A DNA stretch of 54,762 nt from Desulfurococcaceae archaeon (lineage in GTDB: Archaea; Thermoproteota; Thermoprotei_A; Sulfolobales; Desulfurococcaceae). The notes beneath the pieces are model-generated. The model had not been told where the DNA came from, searched no databases, and worked only from the letters and a program-made list of their open reading frames with translations. Positions within the stretch are counted from its first letter, which is position 1, and each line of letters begins with the position of its first letter. The position numbers and the translations under genes are program-made. Below, piece after piece: positions 9,363 through 18,118 of this stretch. The stretch is from positions 1-54,762 of the forward strand of contig JAWBBW010000008.1 in assembly GCA_038824035.1 (NCBI GenBank). Reading direction: 5' to 3'.

Positions 9363-10487
9363 TCAATGACTACATATCACTCCTTTACATACCTTGATTA
9401 CATCGCTTTTTTCGCCTTCTTCGATCACTATGACACTGATCTCGTTATCCCTATCCACGAAAATAGCATTGCCATCTTTCCTGAAACAGGCATGATCTAA
9501 GTCACGGCTCGGCATCACATCATCACCTGGATACGCATCAATGATCTTTATCGGACCATGGCCAGACCTAGCAGTTAGGTCGATTCTATATATGAGAACG
9601 CCCCAGTCGAGGCTTGTCTCATCATTCACAATCGGCCTCCTACTCTCCACTCCATATGCAGAGTTCTCGTTGATAGGTATTATAACGAGCTTTAAACCAC
9701 CATTGATTTCTATAGGGGTTAATTCGTATTCATATACCCCTTTTTCGGAGACCACCTCTACTTGGTCACTATCGATCCACCCTAGTCTCAATTTATGCCA
9801 AGCCATGAAATCGGGCGCGTGCCCAGCGATGTAGCCCATTATATCCCATCCACCAACATAATAATGTATATCTCTCCTACCAGCTATGTTCAATGGTTCA
9901 TAAGCGTAGAGGTCTGGTAAACCCATTAAATGACCCGTTTCATGTATTAATACTTTGAAACCCCATCTCCACATATCTTTCCCAAAAGTCACTGCATGCG
10001 AGATAACCTTGCCCTTGGAAATAACAGGGCTATGACGGCTACTTATGAATGTGGGCGAGTACTGTATGTTGATGGCGTTTCTCGATGGCACTATGTAAAA
10101 CGCGTCGTAAAGCGATATATCATGATCATTACTAGCCAGTTCTACAGCTTCATTCACGTATTTAGCGTGGAATTCCCATGTCAATTTACCCCACTGGATA
10201 TTGTATTCATAGTCATTTCTACTCATACGATACCATTTATCCGAGATCTCTATTTCCAGGTTTAATTTACCATATGACGATGCCTCGAACCAATCAACCG
10301 CTGGCAAAAACCACCTGTAATAAGCGAGGGGGTCTCGATACCCAGCAGGGGCTTCTGTGTAAGGAGCGTTTGGGAAATCCACGGTTATCATGAGTGTTCT
10401 CACATTGCCAGCGGTCTTCATGGCATATTCCATATATCTTCTCGACGATCTGATCCAATACTCCTTCGAGAGATATTCCTTCTCCAA
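9363..10487 (-). CDS. M6 family (immune inhibitor A-like) zinc metalloprotease domain protein
   Basis: LMITVDFP, SSYGKL, HETGHLMGLPDLY, GGWDIMG, AWHKLRLGWI and GVLIYRID. Confidence 0.85.
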   Translation of the reverse strand: MEKEYLSKEYWIRSSRRYMEYAMKTAGNVRTLMITVDFPNAPYTEAPAGYRDPLAYYRWFLPAVDWFEASSYGKLNLEIEISDKWYRMSRNDYEYNIQWGKLTWEFHAKYVNEAVELASNDHDISLYDAFYIVPSRNAINIQYSPTFISSRHSPVISKGKVISHAVTFGKDMWRWGFKVLIHETGHLMGLPDLYAYEPLNIAGRRDIHYYVGGWDIMGYIAGHAPDFMAWHKLRLGWIDSDQVEVVSEKGVYEYELTPIEINGGLKLVIIPINENSAYGVESRRPIVNDETSLDWGVLIYRIDLTARSGHGPIKIIDAYPGDDVMPSRDLDHACFRKDGNAIFVDRDNEISVIVIEEGEKSDVIKVCKGVICSH

Positions 10488-10541
10488 GTAGACACCTCTA
10501 TTGAATAAAGCAAGATATGGATAAAAAAGACTTAGTATTAA

Positions 10542-11471
10542 TCAGATCCCGAGCACTGTCTTGATCAAAGCCATCCTGATGAACAATCCATTTCTCGCTT
10601 GTTCGAAATAAATAGCCTGGGGCAACACGTCGACATCGCTGGCTAATTCCCAAACACGTGGCAATGGATGCATTATGAGCGGTATCCTGGTGAACCTCGC
10701 TAAATATTCATATGTAATGACATAGCTGTTTTTCAACCTCTCGTATTCATCAGGGCTCATTCTCTCTTTTTGCAACCTGGTCACATATAGGGCGTCCAGT
10801 TTTTCGATCAAATCATCTGGTCTCTCAGCAAAATGATATCTCACTTTCCTAGTATCCAATACTTTTAATACTTCTTCACGTGGCCTTAGTTCTTTGGGGG
10901 AGATGAAAAATATTTCTATATCAGGGAAATTCGACAACACATATGAGAGACTTGAAACGGTTCTACTGTACTTTAGATCCCCCATTAAGCCTATCTTTAA
11001 CCCAGAGATCCTCCCGAAAAACCTCCACAACGTGTATACATCGAGAAGCGCCTGTGTAGGGTGTTCGTTATATCCATCACCAGCATTGATCACAGGTGCC
11101 CTGCATATGTCGGCCGCCTTCTTGGCAAAACCCTGTTCCCTATGCCTGACCACTATTAGATCTGGTTCATAGCTATCAACGGTTCTCAAGGTGTCCTCGG
11201 GGCTTTCGCCCTTAGCCATACTGGTTACCTCCTCTGAGCCCAGATCTATGACTGAACCACCTAGCTTGACCATGGCGAATTGGAAACTAATCCTAGTCCT
11301 AGTGCTTGGCTCGAAGAAAGCTGTGAACATTACTTTGCCATTGGCTATGTTCAATCTTCCTCCTTTTTCATAGACATGTCTCAGGTCTTCTGCTATATTG
11401 ATCAACTTTTCAATATCACTTCTCGTGAATTGAAGAGCCGATATTATGTCGATGCCCTTATACATGCACAC
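10542..11471 (-). CDS. pyrB: Aspartate carbamoyltransferase catalytic subunit
   Basis: FFEPSTRT, KGES, NAGDG..EHPTQ, GDLKYSRT, RLQKER and HPLPR. Confidence 0.93.
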   Translation of the reverse strand: MCMYKGIDIISALQFTRSDIEKLINIAEDLRHVYEKGGRLNIANGKVMFTAFFEPSTRTRISFQFAMVKLGGSVIDLGSEEVTSMAKGESPEDTLRTVDSYEPDLIVVRHREQGFAKKAADICRAPVINAGDGYNEHPTQALLDVYTLWRFFGRISGLKIGLMGDLKYSRTVSSLSYVLSNFPDIEIFFISPKELRPREEVLKVLDTRKVRYHFAERPDDLIEKLDALYVTRLQKERMSPDEYERLKNSYVITYEYLARFTRIPLIMHPLPRVWELASDVDVLPQAIYFEQARNGLFIRMALIKTVLGI

Positions 11472-11510
11472 ACCATTTGATAAATAACAGTTCGCGTTAA
11501 AAAATGGGTA

Positions 11511-12860
11511 TTAAACAAACCGGTTACAAGGCGTTACCCATTTACCAGCCCTTATACCCGTTAATTTTCCGTTCTCAACGACCACATTACCTCTTAGAAC
11601 AACCGTTTCCACATATCCTTTCAGCCTCCAGCCCACATAAGGCGAGATCTTGTGTCTGTATTCAAGCCATTCCGTGCTTATTTCCAGTTCCTTGTTAGGG
11701 TCGACAATGACTAGGTCTCCGTCAAACCCAATATCGATCCTGCCTTTACAAGGCCATAACTTGAAACACCTTGCAGGGTTCTCGGCCATCAATCTCGGAA
11801 TCGCTGTTAATGGGATCAGTTTTTTCAAAGCCATATCCAGTAAGAGTGGGAACACTGTTTGAACACCTGGAATACCTGGTAGAGAGCTCCACATGTCCCT
11901 TAATTTCTCCTCGGGCGTGTGGGGTGCATGATCTGAGCCTATCGCCGAAATAATGCCCTCTCTCAGAGCGTTTAACAACGCCTCCCTATGTACACCTCCC
12001 CTGATTGGTGGATTAGTCTTTATCAAGCCCCCGTATTTCACATAATCCTCTCTTTCAAATAATAAGTAATGAGGACATGTCTCGCTGGTCACTCTCACCC
12101 CATATGACATGGCTACTTTAATGGCCTCCAAGCCCTCCTTGGAGGATACATGCGCTATGTGAACACGTGCATTCACATTACTGGCAAGGGTAAGTATCTT
12201 AGATATGGCATAGACCTCTGCTATAACTGGCCTGGATTCAACGTGTACAAATGGGTCTACTCTGCCACTACCCCTGATCCTTTCCATGAAATATGCCACA
12301 AGCGAGTGGTCCTCGGCGTGAAACATCACGGTCACATCCATATCTCTGGATCTCTCCAATATTCTGAGCAATGAAATATCGCTTGGAGGTGATATACCTC
12401 CAGTAGTGGGCCCCATGAACACCTTGAACCCAACCACACCACTATGGATCATTTCTTCGAAATGCTCGATGTTCTCATCATGTAAGACGCCTAGTAAGGC
12501 GAAATCGGTATATGCCTTGTTTTCGAGTAATTTAGCCTTTGCCAACACTTTATCAGGGTCTTCCACTGGCGGGATCGTATTCGGCTGATCTATCACAGTC
12601 GTCACGCCCCCTTTAATAGCTGCCCTAGAACCGTGTTCAAACCCTTCTTTGTATTCAAGGCCTGGTTCTCTCATATGGACATGTTCATCTATTATGCCCG
12701 GGAACACCAATTTACCACTAGCATTTATGATGTGGTCGACACCTGTATTTGATAATCCAATTCCAATCTCCACTATGACGCCATCTTTGACCTTGATATC
12801 CCGTTTAAACAATCCCTCTGGGAGAACTATTAAGCCATTTTTAACCAAGACCCCTGACAC
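11511..12860 (-). CDS. pyrC: Dihydroorotase (amidohydrolase superfamily)
   Basis: DEHVHMREPG, GGVTTV, HAED, HVSS, ETCPHYL, KTNPPIR and DHAPH. The Arg/Asn/His substrate residues favour DHOase over allantoinase; adjacent to pyrB. Confidence 0.82.
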   Translation of the reverse strand: MSGVLVKNGLIVLPEGLFKRDIKVKDGVIVEIGIGLSNTGVDHIINASGKLVFPGIIDEHVHMREPGLEYKEGFEHGSRAAIKGGVTTVIDQPNTIPPVEDPDKVLAKAKLLENKAYTDFALLGVLHDENIEHFEEMIHSGVVGFKVFMGPTTGGISPPSDISLLRILERSRDMDVTVMFHAEDHSLVAYFMERIRGSGRVDPFVHVESRPVIAEVYAISKILTLASNVNARVHIAHVSSKEGLEAIKVAMSYGVRVTSETCPHYLLFEREDYVKYGGLIKTNPPIRGGVHREALLNALREGIISAIGSDHAPHTPEEKLRDMWSSLPGIPGVQTVFPLLLDMALKKLIPLTAIPRLMAENPARCFKLWPCKGRIDIGFDGDLVIVDPNKELEISTEWLEYRHKISPYVGWRLKGYVETVVLRGNVVVENGKLTGIRAGKWVTPCNRFV

Positions 12861-13028
12861 TCCGCTTAAACACCCATGTCCTTCTAGGTAAGAACAGATA
12901 GATTAATACGTTTATGAAACCTTTGAAGGCTGAACACGTGTGATCAAGCGTGGTTTTAAGGCTTCGTGAATATTTCAACCATAGTATCCATTACCCATTA
13001 AGGCAATCAACCCACTCCTTAATCGTTT

Positions 13029-13373
13029 TCAGGGGTTTTCAAGAATTGATCTAAGCATTGACTCGTATCTCTTGTTAATAGAGTAGAACTTGTACCTCCT
13101 GTGCTCAGAAACGTTGACAACATATGTCTGTATTAATCCAAAATCCTCTAGTTGTTTCAAAGCTCTCTCCACTTTCTCGTAATTACAATGCGATCGACGT
13201 GCAATGGCCCTTATACTTAACGCTTCCTTGACAACGAGTTCACGCAATATCCTTATTCTGATATCATCGCTGAGTAAATACATGATCTTTTTAACCAGGT
13301 CGTCCAAAATACCGGGATATATTTCAGCACTATTTTTGATATCTATCTTAATCTTTTTACCCTCACTAGCCAA
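13029..13373 (-). CDS. Winged-helix (ArsR-like) transcriptional regulator
   Basis: RIRILRELV...LSIRAIARR...VERALKQLEDFGLI...RYKFYSIN; GAGG SD before TTG. Confidence 0.8.
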   Translation of the reverse strand: MASEGKKIKIDIKNSAEIYPGILDDLVKKIMYLLSDDIRIRILRELVVKEALSIRAIARRSHCNYEKVERALKQLEDFGLIQTYVVNVSEHRRYKFYSINKRYESMLRSILENP

Positions 13374-13623
13374 GTTTTAGCCTCTCAAAATCATTATGTG
13401 GCTACGAATGTTCCCCCAACATTACCATGGCTACATAGTGGTGTCGGGAGACATGTTTTCTTATGGCTTAATGCCCTTAATAAATAATCGTGAAATACGC
13501 TAAATCGTGATGCATTGGGTTTAAAATTACGTAATCCTCAAATTAGATAGAAAACCGATCTCTTTGTTAAACGCAAGTGAGTTCCTGATAACTTTACATG
13601 GTCCACGTGTCTATTTAAAGCAT

Positions 13624-14670
13624 TTATTTCCTACTTCCATCGACTTGTTCATACAAGTATGTAACTTCCTCGTCTAGGACATAGAAAACATGCTTATCAC
13701 TTGTTTTTACATGTATTACTGGCTTAGCCAAGGTCTCTGAGACCTTTACCAGTTGTTGAAAATCCTGTACCTTCACCACATTGTTACCTGTCTTATTGAG
13801 GATTTCACATGCTTCCACGATCACTGATCTATACCTCCTCGTTATCCTTGAGATATTGCCTGGCTTTTTACGGTATGTGTACATGATATTAACCCCCGTG
13901 AAAATTACCATTGCAACCGAGATGACGCATGTGGATATAATTGAAATGTATTGGAATAGCCTTGTACTTATGTTTACAAAGCCCAGAGGTATCGTTGTCT
14001 CACTTATAACGGTGTTTTTCTTAACACTCGTGGTACTTATCTCTCTCTGTGAGAACTCCATTATCTTCCCAGATAGATCGATCGTTATTTGAAGCGAATA
14101 CGGGAAATTAACGCTCTGTGAAATACCCATTACCTCAAAATCTGTCTTAGCGTTACAGTCAATGACTATTATGTACCTTGTACTGGAGATCTCTATTTGA
14201 GACGATATATTCCTAGCCAGCGATATCAACCAAGGTATATCGAGCTCTATTACATATTGGGCTATATTTTCACTTGTTCTCACCGTGGTTGAATTCAATA
14301 CCTTGCTCCACACCTGCAAATGGCTAAGGATAACCCTTATCTCCAGGGTATTGTTTATGCTTGATGCCTGGGGCATTGAGTTAAACATATAGGTGGTGTT
14401 AACGATCACCTTGTCGACGAGTTTTAGGAAAACCTTGCCTGGATTCAGCAAAGTGCTTGTATCATATACGGTGTTTGGGTAGAGAATGACAATGTAGTTG
14501 AAAACACCCCTAGTGGTATACGTGTAGAGTACCCTCTCCTGTGTTATCTCAACTGGTTGTTGATATGCATATATAGTTGTGAACAACGATGTGATGAACA
14601 AGAACACGATTACTCCGATGGCTATTTTACTATGAAGTATTTTGTTAAACATCTTTACACCACAATACAT
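13624..14670 (-). CDS. DUF5305-like membrane protein (two TM segments around an extracellular beta-rich domain, plus a cytoplasmic C-terminal domain)
   Basis: Hydrophobic segments near aa 15-35 and 240-262; C-terminal VQDFQQLVKVSETLAKPVIH...HVFYVLDEEVTYLY pattern. Family assignment is from memory and from context next to an S26 peptidase. Confidence 0.7.
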   Translation of the reverse strand: MYCGVKMFNKILHSKIAIGVIVFLFITSLFTTIYAYQQPVEITQERVLYTYTTRGVFNYIVILYPNTVYDTSTLLNPGKVFLKLVDKVIVNTTYMFNSMPQASSINNTLEIRVILSHLQVWSKVLNSTTVRTSENIAQYVIELDIPWLISLARNISSQIEISSTRYIIVIDCNAKTDFEVMGISQSVNFPYSLQITIDLSGKIMEFSQREISTTSVKKNTVISETTIPLGFVNISTRLFQYISIISTCVISVAMVIFTGVNIMYTYRKKPGNISRITRRYRSVIVEACEILNKTGNNVVKVQDFQQLVKVSETLAKPVIHVKTSDKHVFYVLDEEVTYLYEQVDGSRK

Positions 14671-14673
14671 CTC

Positions 14674-15873
14674 CTAGATACCTCTATATCTAGCTTTAAC
14701 TAAATACATAGCGATCATCGCCAGGCTTATTAACAACAATAATGAGAAATATACAGGATTGCCTCTGAGGGCTTGTTGTATATATAGAGAGATATATCCA
14801 ATCAAAGGTATCTTGAAGACAACTTTTCCAATGACATTGTCCATTGACACGGGGTCTAGATCTGGCGCGTTGTTTGCATCGCCCTTTGTCACGATGTATC
14901 TGTATGAACTATCGATCTCCACGACTCTGTGCACGATCACGCCCCATTGGGATACATAAGCCACTGCATCACCTACGCCTATATCTCTACAATGAGTGCA
15001 GAGCACGACTAGGTCCCCTATATTCAGAGTTGGTGACATGCTTCCACTCGATATAACTAATAATCTGACACCTAGATAGCCCTGGGAGAGCATAGTTATT
15101 GCTACTATTGCTGAGAAATAAGTTAGCAATTTGATTACGTTCCTTGACTCAACATATATGTCTTTAATGCCATGTCTAAACCTAGTCCTATGATATGGTA
15201 GAGAGATATAGTAGCCTATCAGTGGTATCATGGAGTTAAAGGAGCCCTCTATGAACCAATCAAGTCTAGGTAGAAATGGAATTATCCTGGTAAACAACGA
15301 GGGCACTAGGTTGTAGATAATGGATGGTGTTAAACCATGGTTCAACACTATGAAAGTGGAGAACATGTTGGCTAGGAATGATGGAATGAGATACCTATAA
15401 GTTATTTTCAAGCTCTCTATCGACATGGATAGAGATAACAATGGGTATGGAAACGACGCTAATGACCATGTGATCAATATTGGTAAACACATAGCCAGGG
15501 AGCCATGGGTATACCTGAGCTTATCCACGACATAGGTCCTGAGAAATTCCAAAGCCAATACCCTGGATACCACGTGAACAATGTTGACAAGTACTCCTGG
15601 TAAACTAGTGGAGTAAGGAGTTAGGCCAAATCCGGCCCAGAGACCGAGCATCATGTATATTGACATATAACTAAGCGTGAACGCCGAGATAGTCTGTGTA
15701 AGAGGCGTGTACTTGAAGTAATCTCTCACCGTGTCCCAGGTCAATGCTATTACCGAGAGATAGGAAATGACTTGTACATAGTAGAAGAAAACACCGGTTG
15801 CTATTTTATAGAAATAAGTGACAAGATACATTAAGACAAGGACAAGTATTATCGAAAGAGTTTTCATAACCAT
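14674..15873 (-). CDS. SipW/Sec11-type signal peptidase I (S26B) fused to an N-terminal multi-pass membrane domain
   Basis: VISSGSMSPTL (catalytic Ser), GDLV, IVHRV (His), TKGDANNAPD and VIGKV..KIPLIGY, preceded by about 260 hydrophobic residues. Confidence 0.9.
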   Translation of the reverse strand: MVMKTLSIILVLVLMYLVTYFYKIATGVFFYYVQVISYLSVIALTWDTVRDYFKYTPLTQTISAFTLSYMSIYMMLGLWAGFGLTPYSTSLPGVLVNIVHVVSRVLALEFLRTYVVDKLRYTHGSLAMCLPILITWSLASFPYPLLSLSMSIESLKITYRYLIPSFLANMFSTFIVLNHGLTPSIIYNLVPSLFTRIIPFLPRLDWFIEGSFNSMIPLIGYYISLPYHRTRFRHGIKDIYVESRNVIKLLTYFSAIVAITMLSQGYLGVRLLVISSGSMSPTLNIGDLVVLCTHCRDIGVGDAVAYVSQWGVIVHRVVEIDSSYRYIVTKGDANNAPDLDPVSMDNVIGKVVFKIPLIGYISLYIQQALRGNPVYFSLLLLISLAMIAMYLVKARYRGI

Positions 15874-15941
15874 TGATTAAAACCACGTCTCCTTGATTGG
15901 AGGATTAAGAAGAAGGGTTTAAAAAACATTTGGATCAAGTT

Positions 15942-17330
15942 TTACTTCTTGACAATCTGTATTATGCTGGTCCCAGTTGCTGAACCCGTATTTGCCGCTA
16001 TATTGTAATTTACCTCGAAGTTCTTGTCCAAGGTATCCCATATGTGACCTATCAATCCATGGGGCTCTTTATCAGAATCATAATCTGTCGGCTTGAATTT
16101 TATATATATCAGCACTACGGCGTCTGAGGAAAGCGGGTTTGACAACGTTATGTTCATGATCGCCGTGTTTAACGTGTTGTCCACACTATATTCATATTCC
16201 CCATAGCCTAACTCCTTGATTACGCACATCGTCGTGGTGTTCAACATGTATACACGTATCTTGCCATCAAACCCATCCTCTATGTTGAACTGGTAATCGT
16301 ATGTAACGGTAATGTTTACATTATCTAATCCTGTGCCATTGATCCACAACACATGATAGAACGCTCCCGGTGAGACGCTCACCACTTTTCCCTCCTTACG
16401 TACCTCAGCCCTTATTGAATCCAATGGGGTCCCGAGTTTAACTGGGCATTTCTTGAAATCAGTGTTTGTTTCCCTGAACTCCCCCATTATATTTAATCCT
16501 GGTAGTGGAGGCGGTGGCGGAGGTAATGGTGGTCGCATTATCCCGAAGTTATTGTTAATACTTGATTCTCCAGCGCTAATAGTCCTTGTTAGGGTTAATG
16601 CTGTGGTGTTCACATATCCTGTTGGCAACAATATTTTGATTATGTATGTTCCAGGATGTACTGGGAAATAGTAGTATCCATCGCTGTTTGTAAACGTAGA
16701 GACAATGACTATGTTGCCTTGTTCCAACAATATAGTGACACCCTCTACGGGGTCTTCACCGGGATCCCATATCCCGTTTTCATTTGTATCGTTCCATACA
16801 TAGCCACTTATCGAGGAATACGCCTCGTTCCACTGTATATAAGTTATGTCAATGTCAACGACATATTCAGAGCTTTCATTGGCGCTTTGCAAGACCCCTA
16901 TTATTATTTCGTAGTGAGCTAAATCGCCTGGGTGCAGTTGTTGGACACTTGGTGGGTTGAACACCACTTCGATTTCACTGGGTATTTCCGTCATATTGTA
17001 GAAAGGCCCCACCACTGGTATTGTGCCGGTGTTCACTATGTCGAAGCCGATTCTACAGCCATAACCAGGGTATCCATTCGATATATGTATTTCCAATCGA
17101 TCAGCATTATCACTTGTAGTAATGGTATATGTGCAATTGCCAACGTCTTTTCCCTCGGCTTCATCGAATTCCTCTACAACGATGTTTTCATAATCCACGT
17201 TGACTTCGCCCGTCTTCACCATGGCGTTTAATCTCAAGGTACCCATCCACATAGCCATTGAAATGGCTATGGCTGTAGCAAGCATTAGAACCACGGCTGA
17301 GACTAGTAAGAATGTGTTGCTTTTACCCAT
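15942..17330 (-). CDS. TasA/AbpA-like secreted fibre subunit 3, extended by an SdrD-B/Cna-B-like domain, a polyproline linker and an unknown C-terminal domain
   Basis: Signal peptide, then MWMGTLRLNAMVKTGEV; GKDVGNC, NGYPGY, NTGTIPV, QLHPG and YIQWNE; then SISGYVWNDTNENGIWDPGE...TNSDGYYYF...PGTY...NFG; PPLPPPPPPLP. Confidence 0.75.
   Translation of the reverse strand: MGKSNTFLLVSAVVLMLATAIAISMAMWMGTLRLNAMVKTGEVNVDYENIVVEEFDEAEGKDVGNCTYTITTSDNADRLEIHISNGYPGYGCRIGFDIVNTGTIPVVGPFYNMTEIPSEIEVVFNPPSVQQLHPGDLAHYEIIIGVLQSANESSEYVVDIDITYIQWNEAYSSISGYVWNDTNENGIWDPGEDPVEGVTILLEQGNIVIVSTFTNSDGYYYFPVHPGTYIIKILLPTGYVNTTALTLTRTISAGESSINNNFGIMRPPLPPPPPPLPGLNIMGEFRETNTDFKKCPVKLGTPLDSIRAEVRKEGKVVSVSPGAFYHVLWINGTGLDNVNITVTYDYQFNIEDGFDGKIRVYMLNTTTMCVIKELGYGEYEYSVDNTLNTAIMNITLSNPLSSDAVVLIYIKFKPTDYDSDKEPHGLIGHIWDTLDKNFEVNYNIAANTGSATGTSIIQIVKK
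16501..16533 (-). repeat. Low-complexity CCN tract encoding a polyproline linker
   Basis: Plus strand GGTAGTGGAGGCGGTGGCGGAGGTAATGGTGGT, encoding PPLPPPPPPLP on the minus strand. Confidence 0.8.
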
Positions 17331-17418
17331 GATGATATACCTTGTTCTACTCTATATCGGGAATGGGGGATGGCTACGGGGAGAAAAACCACTAGATCAT
17401 TGGATATGTACATGGCTT

Positions 17419-18102
17419 TTAACCTCCTCGCAGGGTCATGGCTGGGACGCTGTATTCGTTCCATTGTATTGCTTCGAGTTGTACTGTGAACGTCAGTGTC
17501 GAGCTCTGCGGAGCATCCTGTAACACTGTTACATCGAAGCTTATGTCGGCACTTTGACATGGATGTAGTTGTACACCGAAATTATTGCCCCACCATATCA
17601 ATAAATCTGGTTTATCATCGCCTGTTAACTCCAATTCAACACCTTGCTGCAACTCCTGCTCATTCAGCTCATAGAATTCTTGTCCATCAATTATTATTCT
17701 CCATATCTTTATCGGTATTGTTCCATCATTGTGGACCTTGAACGCTATGTGTGTATAATACCATGGGTATACATTATGCAAGGTCACATTCATGGTATCG
17801 TAATCTCCATCACCATCACTATCTATTAACGTGACATCGGCGCATCCAACATCTTTATCCAACTGCACAGCTCCAGGTAATGGTAGATAGGTCGCATTCC
17901 AATCATTTCCCCTGAAAACTCCATATCCAGGTTGTAATCCACAGGCATCTAGATATATCACTGTTCCAGACACTATTTCCCAGTCCACTTCGCCGGTCGA
18001 GATCGAAGAATTCACTCTTAACGTTTCACTCCACATAGCTAGTGCTAGTATTGCTGATAGTGATATGAGGATGATGGCAGAAAAACCTAATATCTTATTC
18101 AC
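17419..18102 (-). CDS. TasA/AbpA-like secreted fibre subunit 2
   Basis: Signal peptide ending ALA-MWSETLRVNSSISTGEVD; DKDVGC, NVYPWY, NDGTIPI, QLHP and EAIQWNE; SD AGGTG before GTG. Confidence 0.75.
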   Translation of the reverse strand: MNKILGFSAIILISLSAILALAMWSETLRVNSSISTGEVDWEIVSGTVIYLDACGLQPGYGVFRGNDWNATYLPLPGAVQLDKDVGCADVTLIDSDGDGDYDTMNVTLHNVYPWYYTHIAFKVHNDGTIPIKIWRIIIDGQEFYELNEQELQQGVELELTGDDKPDLLIWWGNNFGVQLHPCQSADISFDVTVLQDAPQSSTLTFTVQLEAIQWNEYSVPAMTLRGG

Positions 18103-18118
18103 AGTTCACACCTTATCT

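Noticed and set aside
11511-12860. Allantoinase or dihydropyrimidinase call
   Set aside because: HxHxR, NPP and DHAPH residues and the pyrB neighbour fit dihydroorotase better.
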